A DNA stretch of 64,000 nt, from the NCBI GenBank assembly GCA_965153455.1, contig OZ234494.1:6448001-6512000 (forward strand). Reading direction: 5' to 3'. The position numbers and the translations under genes are program-made. Of this stretch, positions 23,901 through 35,420 are shown in pieces. The stretch comes from Sphagnum compactum. Lineage: Eukaryota. The notes under the pieces are model-generated. The model was not told the origin of the DNA. It ran no database searches and saw only the letters and a program-made list of their open reading frames with translations. Numbering within the stretch: the stretch's first letter is position 1; the number at the start of each line of letters is the position of its first letter.

Positions 23901-23981
23901 TTGCAACAAGGCAACCTTCAAAAGCATGTGGATCAACAAGGAAAACCTTCCAAACTTTCTCGCTCAAATAAGGTGAAATGA
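18025..23981 (+). CDS. Cyclic-nucleotide-binding (cNMP/CNB) domain protein, 14-exon model, ~648 aa: one complete CNB domain, one apparently truncated CNB domain and a long basic low-complexity tail
   Basis: Exons 18025-18046, 18512-18579, 18648-18689, 18857-18933, 19360-19456, 19729-19774, 20031-20089, 20443-20543, 20945-20972, 21284-21376, 21559-21646, 21949-22010, 22255-22328 and 22892-23981 are all GT-AG and phase-compatible. They give ...LEACKLLGYEKYEDGEKIYKQGDNGTLFYIIFTGSVK...GKWFGDRVLETDNLLRESTTFACDRTELITLSKQAYEKIL...FLKSIPTFYGVPKQSLRCLANVL...VITFQGDDAVEMHFIKSGECRVI. The 5' exons and the exon 13-14 join are less certain than the CNB core. Confidence 0.8.
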
Positions 23982-24857
23982 ATGGCATGAATGATATATG
24001 GACTTGAATTTTTTTTATTTATTGCAACACAAACTTTTTTGTTTTGTTGGATTTTTGTGTTCATTATTCCTTGCCTTCAAAAAAATTTCTCATCTCATTG
24101 TGTTCACTTCAAGGCTATAATAATACTATGTAAAAATGAAAACATAATCTTCCTTCATGTGTACCCAATTGCAATGCAAATCGATCAAATGGGTTTGACA
24201 AATTTTTGGAACTAGACTAATTACCAACTAAACTATATACAATTGAAAATTTTAAAAAACTAATTTTGAGATGCCCAGGAACCCACAATTCTTGACATCG
24301 GGGCTTTACATCCTGGCCAATATTTTGGAGAGGTTTTTGCATTTTGCATTCAACTCTAAATTTCTTTACTTATGTGACCAAATAGTTAAATGATTTTTTT
24401 TGTTAAATACATTAATAGTTTATAGATATTAAATTTTTGCATCATCATATGTAGCTTTTCAACATAATTTATGTTTCACTTTAATTGGATACGGATTTTT
24501 AAAAAAAAGAAAATGAATCATTTTTTTTTGGAGTCACCACCTTATTAACACATTAGTTTTTGCTTGTTATTTTTGCCTAATGTAGAGGGGCCTCGTTAGA
24601 CGTACCAAAAGGGCGGCAAGTATTGTGGCTGTGACCATAGTGCAAACATTGGTATTATCGAAGTGGGACTTCCACAGACATTGTGATCCAAACATTATCA
24701 AAATCCTTTCTGAGAAAGTACTAAGTTTAAACCCTAAAACAACCCCCCCCCCCCTCCCCCAAAACCCAATTGTATCCCAAACACTATAATGTACAATGTT
24801 TTAAGTAATTCAACATCAAACTCAATAGCCCAAGTATGGAGGACTTATTCTTGTCTT

Positions 24858-25110
24858 ACAAAGAGTGATTTTAGCTTAAGGGTTTATCATTAAGTCGCAC
24901 TAAATATGAACAAACTATAGCAAACCCAACTATTCTTTGATCCCAAAAGAGTGATTTTTGCTCTAATTCATGATTAAGCCGCACTAAATATGAACAAACT
25001 ATAGCAAACCCAACTATATTTTTTGATCCCAAAAGAGTGATTTTAGCTTTAATTCATGATTAAGCCGCACTAAATATGAACAACTATAGCAAACCCAACT
25101 ATTGATCCAA
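24858..25110. repeat. 86-bp tandem repeat, 3 copies
   Basis: AAGAGTGATTTT...TTAAGCCGCACTAAATATGAACAAACTATAGCAAACCCAACTAT...GATCC starting at 24861, 24947 and 25033. Confidence 0.85.
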
Positions 25111-26176
25111 ACCCGTGTGAATAAAATATCTTGGGGTTGTGTATCTTATTTTGGCATTTAGAAAAAGTGATCATCTTCCAAACGAAGTAGTGGCAATTAC
25201 ATGTATTTACAATTAGGTAACTATATGAATTCCATTTATTTGGTAAATTAAATGGTTCCATTTCCATATACCTATATATGAATCACCAAATGCAAACTAT
25301 GCATAATGCCAATAGTAGATAGTAGTATCGTATTAATAATTTCTCGATTGTTCAAGTTCACATGGTTGATGACATGGTATGTATGTGATTAGACTTACAA
25401 AAAGGGGAAACATATTTTCAAGCAATATTTGAAGACACGCAAATGGGAAAAATACAAGGTTTTTGTCTCTCTCTACGTTCAATAAAATTGTTTTTTTTTT
25501 TTTTTTTGGGTTTACATCAAGATGTAACCACAAATATGTATACTAATTATTATTTTAAAACTATGGAATGTTTTTTGGAACTTGTTATTTATTTGAATTT
25601 TAAAAAAAAATTTATCTCTCTCTCTCTCTCTCTTTCTTTTGTTTTTTGGACATGTAGAGGAACTTAGTGGACGATGTAAAGCAAGCTAAGAAACTTCGCA
25701 TTAGACTTCGAGTTGGGCCACGCCCCGTGCGCGTCTTACCAAACCCACATGGAACAAAATTTGATCTCCCCAAGAAGGAGTGGTCATTCAAGAAACTATG
25801 ATACATACACACACCTCCAATTCAATTCGGTTCGCTCCAAATAATTTTTAATCTAATTTCTTTTGAGAATGTGAATGAAAAATATTGCATTCATTCGACC
25901 ATGAATTGTGATCTTGAATTTTTTTTATAAAAAAAATTATATATATGAATAAATATTCAATGGTATATCATCCATAGTTATTATGGTGGTTATGCATTTT
26001 AGATAAATAATTAAAAGGTCAATAATAAAAGTTGGAATAGTTTTAATATCCCAAAAAGCTCTTTGTATTCTAATTTTTTGGTTTTTTTTTTTTTTTTCCT
26101 TCTTTCTTTTCCTTCATGCTTACATAAGTAGATTTTGCCACATCATTAGGATCTTTGTAAACTAGTTAGTACTTGC

Positions 26177-26585
26177 CTAAACCCTAAACCCTAAACCCTA
26201 AATTGATCATGAAATCAATTAGTTGCTACTTTTGGGTTGTTGTTTATTTCTCTCTTTCTATACAAAAGATTTGCCAAACAATCCAAAAGGTCCATGGGAA
26301 TTCTTTTTTTGGGTATTTAGGTTTTTCTTGGTTCCAAACTTGGTTATCTTTCTTTGCAAAAGATAAAGTTGTGCATATATATATATATATATATATAATT
26401 TTTTAATTTATTTAAAAAATATATATTGAGTGTGTTTTATTCCTGTAAAGAAAAAAAAATTCCTTTAAAATTCCCTCAAATAATTTATGCTGAGTCCTAC
26501 CTAGGGTTTGAGTTTGGGAGTTTGCCTGGTTTTTTAGGGTTTGAGGTTCTTGTGATTCTTGCAGTTGCAGAGGTTTTTAGGGTTT
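26177..26585. promoter_or_regulatory. Telo-box (AAACCCTA/TAGGGTTT) cluster upstream of HAKAI
   Basis: (CCCTAAA)x3 at ~26177-26202 and TAGGGTTT at ~26502, ~26536 and ~26578. Confidence 0.4.
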
Positions 26586-26941
26586 GGTGTTGTTCGTTTT
26601 GTTTGGAAGAGGAGGAGGAGGAGGAGGAGGTCTGCGTGCAATTCTACTTTTGTGCTGCACACAATCGGTTTGGGTGTCTACTGTTCGTAGTTAGCTAGCT
26701 CCGTGTGGAATTTTTTTTTGTAGATATCTCTTCCTTTCGAAGAAGAAAGATTGATGGCAACTTGTTGTTCAGAGTCTTGACTTTTTCACTAATTCTTCGT
26801 AGTTTTGGGAGAGACAGAGTTCCTTTTGTGGATTTCTCTTGAAGAAACGGAAGCAAGCAATGTGAGCTTTGCGCAACTGTGTGTAATTTGTGTCCCTATT
26901 TTCTCATCTTTCGTTGCATTCCTCTCTGGTTTGTTCTGTTT

Positions 26942-26972
<31 letters not shown>

Positions 26973-27023
26973 GTGGGAGGGTTTCCTGATGTCGTGCCCT
27001 AATTGAAGGGGAAGGATTTGACA

Positions 27024-29583
27024 ATGGTGAACCTTAAGATTCGATTGAGTAATAAGAGCGGGTCGAGTCCGGGCATTGTGAAGAACGAGACTGCAAATGG
27101 GTCGTCGGTACCCATCATCTCCTCCTCTGGAGCGGATTTGGAAGGTGTTCCTTCTTCTTCGGTTCTTCCACCCCATCTAGTGGGGGAAGACTTGGCATTG
27201 GCAAAGGGCCTGGGGACCGTGAGCACGGATTCTTCTTCTTGTGTCATCAACCTTGTGGGAGTTAAAGCTCGGCGTCGACCAGGCGACAAAGTCCATATCT
27301 GCGTGCGTTGCAATTTCCCCATTGCTGTATATGGGCGTCTGGTATGGTTCTTCAACCCTAATTATAATCCTAACCCTAAATCGTTTTCCTTCCACTCTAA
27401 AGTCTGCAGGATCATGGACCTTGTTTTTAAGGCTTGAGGGAATACTCTTGTTGAGCACTTGAAAAAGAGAATTTTGCATATCAACATAGGATTCAAGTTT
27501 TGGTGCAGGAAAATTTTGGATCAAACTCTTATAGTCATAGTAGGCTTTGATGATTTTCTCAGTTTTTTTTTTCTTTTTGGGTATGCATTCTTGCAACTCA
27601 CGAGAAAGACTCTGTGGTTTCTTTGGTTGTGGGGGTTGGGTGGGTTGTAGGATCCCTGTGAGCATGTTTATTGCTTGACATGTGCCAAGCTTGACTCTAC
27701 CTGCTTCTTGTATGCTCTCCTCTTCCCCTCAATGAAACAACCCCCTTGAATGCTTCTTACACAAGAGAGAGAGGTCCTTATTGTTTTCCTGGTGGTGAAC
27801 CATTTTTGACTGGGGATTACTCCACATGTACAGTTTGAAAGAAATCATGTCTGTCTTAATAACTCTGAAGAATTAAGTCATGAAATGTATGTGCAATGTT
27901 TTCCCAAGTCAAAGATTTAGCTGTTTATTTATTTCCGTTAGAAATGGAAATGGAAACAGCACTTGATGCCTTCTTCTTTTTCACTTCTTTTCCATGTTTC
28001 TGGATTTGGAGCAGATGTGATGAACGGGTGGTGAGGATTCAGAAGATGGACGTCCTTGAGGGGATATTTATTTGTGGGGCCCCATCTTGTCTTCGGTCAT
28101 TTCTTGCCCGACCAGACTTTGAGTGGCATGTAGCCGATTCACATGGGCCTCTTCTGCATCCTGAGCCTGATCAAACTTTCCCATTCCAGTCTCCAGTTCC
28201 ATCCAATCCTCCTCTCACCCCAATTCCACAAGCCAAGGTAATTGTAATTTTTTCTTCTCCAATCCACTTTTTAATTATTTGATTGAAACCATATAAACTT
28301 TGTTTCCATCTCTCTGGCAGTTAGTTTTTCATTTGAGATTAATTTTCCTTTTGGTTGTTTGCTTAGCTGAACACAAATTGCATTTGCTCTTTTGTGGAGT
28401 GGAACTCCAATTCAGATCAGGGTCTGTAGGGAGACCACATAGTGAAAACTTAGAACAGAATGAGAACATGGGGACTGTGGTTTCTGAACCCTGCTTAGTG
28501 GTTGGGATGTGTGTTGACCAGAGAAATGAGCAAACTCTCTTCATGGCTGCTTGAATTAAAGCTTCACTTCCATAGTGGATAGTTAAGATCAATACTGGAA
28601 GAAACCACAATGTGCTGAAGACTTGGTTCTTTTCTTTTTAACCTTTTTTGCAGGTGCAATCACAGCAAGTTGTTACAAGGCACCCAGAATCTCCAGCCAA
28701 TCTTTCTCAAACCCGGCCCTCATCGACTGCCTCACCACATATCTTGTTGCCCAAGAAGGATGAAGCTGCTCAAAGGAAGCCTCCTAAAGTTTTACGTCAA
28801 GACTCGCAAGGGGGACAAGCAAGGCCAATTCCAGAGCTCCATTTACCAGACCAATTCCCTCATCATCGTGGAGGTGACCACCAGAATAAGGAGGAATGGG
28901 GGCATGAAAAGGAACCACAGGACAAGGATTGGGATCGTCAACAGCATCGGCATAAGGAATGGGAAATGCAAAATCAAAGTGAGCGAGAACGTGAGTGGCA
29001 AGTGCATGGCCCAGCCCCACATCCAGCTTCTCGGGAACTCCAGAATTCAGGTGACCGGCATATTGTGGCAAATCAAGCCCCTGTAATGCTCCCTCCACCA
29101 CCCCCATACCCTCCTCCAAATTACCCTCCTTCATTCCCACTGCAACAAGATGGGAACATGTTTCCTCCTCACTTTGAAGCTCCAAGATTCCGGCCCCGCA
29201 TGCCAATGCCTCCAACAGGGCTTCCAGGAGCCCCTGAGTACCAAGAGATTCCACCTCGCCCAGCACATCCAGGCATGCCAATGGGCATGCCACAAGAGGC
29301 TGAACGCGGACCAAACCTGCAGGATGCATTTGGACAGAATGGACCTCGACCGTATTTCCATGGGGATTTCAGTCCAATGAATATGCATATGGGTGTTCCT
29401 CCAAGGTTTCATCAAGGTGCACTACCTCCACCTCCACCTGGACCTCCTCCAAAGAGACCAAAATTTGGTCAAGGGGGCGAGCCTTTACTGGACTATGGTT
29501 GGGTAGGTGGAAATCCATCCCCTAATTTTGGGGGCCCTGGGGCCCATGGGTTTCCTGGATGGATACCACCCTCAAACACTTGA
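27024..29583 (+). CDS. HAKAI: E3 ubiquitin ligase HAKAI homolog (m6A methyltransferase complex subunit), ~509 aa, 4 exons
   Basis: Exons 27024-27341, 27651-27709, 28015-28237 and 28654-29583. RING/HYB region KVHICVRCNFPIAVYGRLDPCEHVYCLTCAKLDSTCFLCDERVVRIQKMDVLEGIFICGAPSCLRSFLARPDFEWHVADSH, N-terminal LKIRL and HLVxxDLxxAKGLG motifs, and a long Pro/Gln/His-rich C-terminus. Confidence 0.93.
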
Positions 29584-30713
29584 CTGACTCTATGAGGCAG
29601 GCAAAGGTTTTTTCTGTCCTGGGACTTTTTTTGTTCCAAATCCTGGAACCCAATCAACCTGAACTGTTGGGAAAGGAACTGTGCTGATCAGAAGTGATTG
29701 GTGCTTTGAACTGGCCAATAGTCTCATCTGAAGTGGTTGTTCTTTTCAGCTCTCAATGGTTCCATTGAGTTTCAGATAGTTGCTTGTTTAGCTGCGGGAA
29801 TGGTGTCCAGAGAATGGCTCTCTTCAATCTGGTTCTTATTTTTTCCTGTTGGCACCCAATGGTGATAATATCTGGCCCTTATGTCACAACCCATTGACAT
29901 TTAGGGGTTGACATTTACTGTGTGAAAGCTCTGTGAAGGGGGTTAACTGAAGGGTTTGTGAACACTGGAGGTCAAATGGAAGAACGATTTCTTAATGACC
30001 AAGGTAGCATTCAAAACTCTCCAGTAGATGTTTACATGTTCTTTTCAAATTCAAGACCCATGTGTTTTGGCATGTCAAATGCCTTATATGAGCAACAACA
30101 CTGAAAGGATCGAAGGATCTCTGGGGTGGTAGTGGGTGAATCCAAAGAACGGTGTCTCCCCACATTTGTCTTTCATGTTATTTTTTGGTAATTTATGCAT
30201 GTGCATACAATGTGTGCAAATTGTGGGGCTTGTTTGGTATTGACTTGTTAATAGTGGTTTGCTTTTGTAGAAATTCTTATAATCTTTTGGACCTTCATCT
30301 GTAGAAGAGAACACGAGTAAAAAGTACTCTATTCAATGTGATGAACTCTTAACATTTAGTTGGGAGATTTGGACATGCAGCAAGGTAATCAAGAATGCCC
30401 ATTTCTCGGGGGACTTTGTTTCACTCTAGCCCATGAGTCACGATTTTCATTCAAAACTTGGTATGGAAATTTACATCCATCCATGTGGAATGTGTTTACA
30501 AATTGTTTTTGGTCATAAAGGATGCGATTTCAAGTGGATTTATTGGATTTGCATCCACCTAAACTTGATTCACTTGAGCCAAAAATGAAAAATGTTCTTT
30601 CATTTTTACTTGTCTATTGATACAATTTCAAAACGGAAATTGTTTGGATTTGATACCTATGACTTTGATGTTTGGGTAAGTTACAAGTAGTGCCATGTCA
30701 GGTCACTGGCACA

Positions 30714-31656
30714 TCATGTGCTCGGGAGTGATCTTACATGGCATAAGACCTTGCTGCCAAAGGCCTTACTTAGAGCATCTCTAGTGGTGCTTGGTATCTG
30801 ATCCTGCACAGTAAAATTGGGTGAAGAAAGAAAATCCAACACATCCCGGTTTGGCTCAGGAAATTGGTTTTGGCTCATCAAAATGGCATAGGCAGCCGTG
30901 GCTAGTAAAAGCGGCAGCAGCCCCAATGCACCTGCAGAAAAAGTGTAATAAATATGATCTAACTGCTGCTCAGTGTTTCTGATTGGCCCATCATTATGAT
31001 TGGTTCAGGTGGTTTGCTATTAGTAGTCTCCCACCTATTTGCTGTCCTCAGTTTCAGTTTTATGAGTGAGGTTGCGAAAGAGTACATAACTAAACTTGTT
31101 TTGGATGTGAAAAATATTTTCACAGGGTTGAATACTGAGCATTGGTGGAGCATCTCCAACCCCAAAACTGTAAACAACTCCTTTATGTTAAAATAGAATA
31201 GTGTTTAATGATCACTGTCCCCACCCCCACAAACCCACAAACGTGATAAAAGTCCCTCTGAAAAGTCGAAGGCCATTTATATATCTTTACATATGGACGA
31301 GTAATAGTCACTGTCCAAATCCGTAGTAGAAAAAAGATTTTAAAAGGGTTAAAATGACCACTGCAAAATAGACATCAATACAGGAGTGCAGCAGGCTTTA
31401 CGCTACCCTGTTGCAAGATTTAGTGAAAAGGGGTGTTTGCAGGTGTGGGGTGGATATGCCACAACTCTCGAGCACACTAGCTTCATTATTTAGTACAATG
31501 CCTTAATTTTCTTTTTAAATCATTTACTGCAGAAAGTAAATGAAAAAATCATTATTATTATTATTATTAGGCACCTTCCTGCCGAACAAGCCTAGCTAGG
31601 GATAGTAGGAGTGCAACCCACCACCATGGCACTAGAACTTTCCTTCCTTCAGGCAT
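30714..31656 (-). CDS. Putative small (~99 aa) hydrophobic two-exon protein, function unknown
   Basis: Exon 31656-31575 (MPEGRKVLVPWWWVALLLSLARLVRQE, donor G|GTGCC) joins in phase to 30931-30714 after TTTTTCTGCAG (GALGLLPLLLATAAYAILMSQNQFPEP...). No family recognised. Confidence 0.3.
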
Positions 31657-33659
31657 CAATTTGCGAAGAAACTGGCAAGTTCCGAGGCATGAAGCTTCTC
31701 AAGTTATAAACTCAACACACTCGTGATTCTCATGGAACATGTTTTTGACACAAAATGCGCATCTCATCTCGCTCCTTGGGGCTTGGGCATTAACCCTACA
31801 TAATTTGTTTTTTAAAAGAGTGTTCTTGCCCAGAAGAAGCAATATGCACAAGTTTTCGTTACCGCGATGGAAGTGCATTTGAGTAATGGATTTCACCATC
31901 GCTTGGGGGACTTCCAAGTGATTCTTCAGCCTTATGGAATTTTGGTTTTGCTTGGGAAAGGACGTGAATTGTTGTATATCATATCATCTATTTGGTAGCT
32001 GATGGATGGGCATTGGCTAGATTTTGTTTCTCAAGAACGTGCATGACGATCCATTGGGGGGGAGGAAGTGGAGAAGGCCCCGACAAAGAATCAAAGCAAC
32101 AATAACATGTTTCTTGGATTGCACAATTGTGGCTCCATGTCTTGTGGTTGCTCATTTGTTGGATAATAGAAAGAATATTACAAGCTCCCCCCTAATGAAC
32201 CAAAATGTGTTTTTGAATATTCAACAAATGGCAAAAGGAAAAGCCCAAAACTTAGTCTCAACTTCACTCATCTCATGTCCATGCACTTTTTCCATGCTTC
32301 AATAGCTTCTTAAGGTAAGCACATTGAATTTTTTATTTAAAATTCAACAGGTAGGTCGAACTTTTTCGAAGGAAGGTGATCGCTAATCAATTTTAATTTC
32401 TTGTAAAATTCAATATTTTTTCACAAATTTAAATTTTAACTTGTTGTAAAACTAAATACCACAATTTTCAGTTTGAACTTGTTTGAAATTTCATCACTAT
32501 AATTCTTAACCTTGAGGAATGTGTAACGTGTACATGGAACTGAACCCAAAGGTTATTGAATTCGAAAAAAAATTGTCACAATCAAAACCATGAATTTTTT
32601 TTTGGAAATTTGAAGAGCTGGGCTCAAACCTACACCTGGAGAATAGGGCCAAACTTTGTGTTCAGGTGTAAAATTTGAGACCTCGTGTTCTTTCAATAAG
32701 GAAGAACCAAACAACATGGCTTGGACATGGCCAATAAGCTTTTGATCCTTTGCAGAAATCATAGTGCTTGTTTTCACAGGCTTTTTGTGTGATTTGGTGC
32801 CATGTATCTTTCGATAATAAGATATGGGTGATGGGGTTGTTGAGTTCCAAAGTGCTCATGAATGCACTTGACTTCCCTTCAGTGTTTCAATTTGGTGAAA
32901 GGTCAGGTGAGCTCACATGCAAGGTGCCTCTTATATATATATAATGGGACTAAAAGAAATGGTCACCTTTTGAACAAAATGTGGAAATTAGAATTAACTA
33001 GCTTAGAATAAAAATACTATTTTTACAAGGACTATATTGACTGAAAAATGGGTTCTAAAACACATATAAAATTGAACCATATATATATATTGACCAAGAT
33101 AGTTTTTCCTTTTGCAAATCCCTTGTGTTGGATAGACATATCGAGTCCTTGCTTTTGGTTAAGAGTTTGGATCAAGTTTTTATATTTGTTGGCTTATTTT
33201 TCTACTTGAATTAAACCAAGGGAATGCACGAAACTGGCTTACCAAAGGAACCCGATTCCAATTCTTCACAACATCACAATTTGGATGCAATTATCACATA
33301 TATTCTACAAACATGATCTACATGCCATTCCCGAATGCAAAGTTTGGGCGATTGGGCAAATGGTGCCTCTTGCCCACTAACTTTTTGAGAACCCTAAGAT
33401 TCTAATTTCTTCATGCTTGATATAATGTATTAAACAAGATGTTATACATGACTATAGTTTTGTTACTCTACCTCCGACCGACCTAAAGCAATGAGATGTC
33501 TTAACAAGATTCCCAATTAGCCCTGTTTTCATCCATTGACCTATTATTTCCCCTTTCCCAACCCACAAACCCTAAACCCTTTCCCAACCCACATAACATC
33601 CAAAGAAATTCATTGTTGGGAAAAATGCCCAATTCATCATTGTCCAATAGGTAGTACAA

Positions 33660-34050
33660 GTTCTCTCACCCAATTCCTCATAATGATTTAGTACAAAAAG
33701 GTTTTTTTTTTTTTTTTTTTTTTCGCAATTGATTTTTCATCCAAATCCTAGTATCATCCAAATCCAAACTTTTCTAACCCCATTATTCATCTTCAAAATA
33801 CAAAGATTTCTTACCCAATTTCCTCTTATGATTCAAGCCAAAACTATTCAAACCCAATTCCACATATGGCTCGAAAATACAAAGTTTTTGCACCCAATTC
33901 CTCCTTTTATGATTCAAGCAAAAAGTATTCATACCCAATTCTGCATATGGTTCAAATTACAAAGTTTTTGCACCCAATTTCCTCATAACCTATTTACACG
34001 ACTCATCAATACAAAAGGCTTTTTTTTTACCCAATTCCTCCTGAAATCCT
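33660..34050. repeat. Degenerate ~35-bp repeat region (ACCCAATTCC motif)
   Basis: About 9 ACCCAATT(C/T)C cores with AAAGTTTTTGC/ATGATTCAAG flanks. Confidence 0.55.
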
Positions 34051-34714
34051 CATTTGATTCAATAAACAAAGAAAAGATTTACTTGATTTTTTGAGTACTA
34101 AAAAGTTTTCTCAACATGTTTAAATTTATTTTTCAAAAAAATAGCCTCTGCCCAGATTTTTAGTGTATTAGTGCACAAGAAGAAAAAGAATTATGGAAAT
34201 TCAAATCTTTCACAATGCCAAAATATAATCTTCAAGAAAATTATCCTTCGAAAGAAACCAAAATCCTTCGAGATATCAAAACACTATTATAACTAATCTC
34301 AAGTTTCAACACAAGCCAAAATAAATATCATCTTTCAAAAAATCCTCACATAATAAAAATAGACCTATTATTATTATTATTCACATAGGGCGGGCCAAAA
34401 TCCCATAAGCTATTATGTATACTCTATAATGAATCTAAACACAATATCCTTGCCTTCTTGGTAGTAGGCAAGGCCAACAAAGTGCTTTCCCCAAAAATAA
34501 TTTCACATTCTTTTATTTTCCTGTGATACCCAATAGATACCCGTCGGGTATCACATGAAAAACAATGGGGGAAAGACCCATTGGTCCATTTTTACACCAT
34601 GGGCCCTTATTTCAGTAGTGATGCCCTCAGGTCAATACAAGTTGGCTGACAAAACCAAGAAACTTGGCTCCGTCCTCCCCCAAAAAAAACCACTTTTTAT
34701 TGTGTGTTTTGTAA

Positions 34715-34875
34715 GACATGTGCGGTGTTGCCTTTTTTGTGTGTTTTGTTTGATATGTGCGGTGTTGCCTTTTTTGTGTGTTTTGTTTGATATGTGCGGT
34801 GTTGCCTTTTTTTTGTTGTTGTGTGTGTGTGTGTGTGTGTGTGTGTGTCTCTCTCTCTCTCTCTCTCTCCTCTCT
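34715..34875. repeat. 37-bp tandem repeat, 3 copies, followed by a (GT)n(CT)n microsatellite
   Basis: TGCGGTGTTGCCTTTTTT at 34721, 34758 and 34795. Confidence 0.85.
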
Positions 34876-35420
34876 CTTGCTCTTGCTCTTTGGCACTTTG
34901 TCATTAGATTCAAGAGTTTTCTCACAATAGTTGCAAGCTGATGATGATACCTAAGGATCTAAGATGACGACATAGACTCATATGAGAGAGATCTTAGGTG
35001 TTTCTTTCTCATTACCAAATCATCCATGTCCTAGGGATTAGAGCTTTAAGAGAAAGTGAGGAGGAGGAGGAGGAGGAGTTTGTGTGCCCATTTGTTGTTG
35101 TTGTTGTTGTTGCAAGCTTGCTTTTTTCTATTGAACTTTGTCATAAATTTGGGTAGCTTGTGAGCTGTTTGATAATACATATTTCTTTGGGTGTTTGTGC
35201 AAACAAGCTAGCTTTGTTGCACAAGAGATACACACACACACACACACACACACATACATATACATATCCTAAGGTTCAAGGAGCTGTTAAGCAACAAAAA
35301 AAGCTGATTGATATCCCCTCTACCCACCCCCAGTAGCTGATCGAAATTCCTGAGCTTTGAGTAGAATTTTGTTTGTGGATTGGTGGGAAGTCTACAGGGT
35401 GTGGAGGAGCTGGGAATTCA

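Noticed and set aside
22878-23981. The 367-aa ORF as a stand-alone intronless or TE gene
   Set aside because: It has a non-ATG start and an acceptor at 22891 that is in phase with upstream CNB exons, so it is better explained as a terminal exon.
26177-26202. Telomeric repeats as a chromosome end or telomerase RNA template
   Set aside because: There are only about 3 units, scattered copies occur throughout the window, and no USE/TATA snRNA-type promoter was recognised.
28784-29415. Minus-strand ORFs of 181 aa and 94 aa
   Set aside because: They are antisense to the Pro-rich HAKAI exon and show no independent coding signal.
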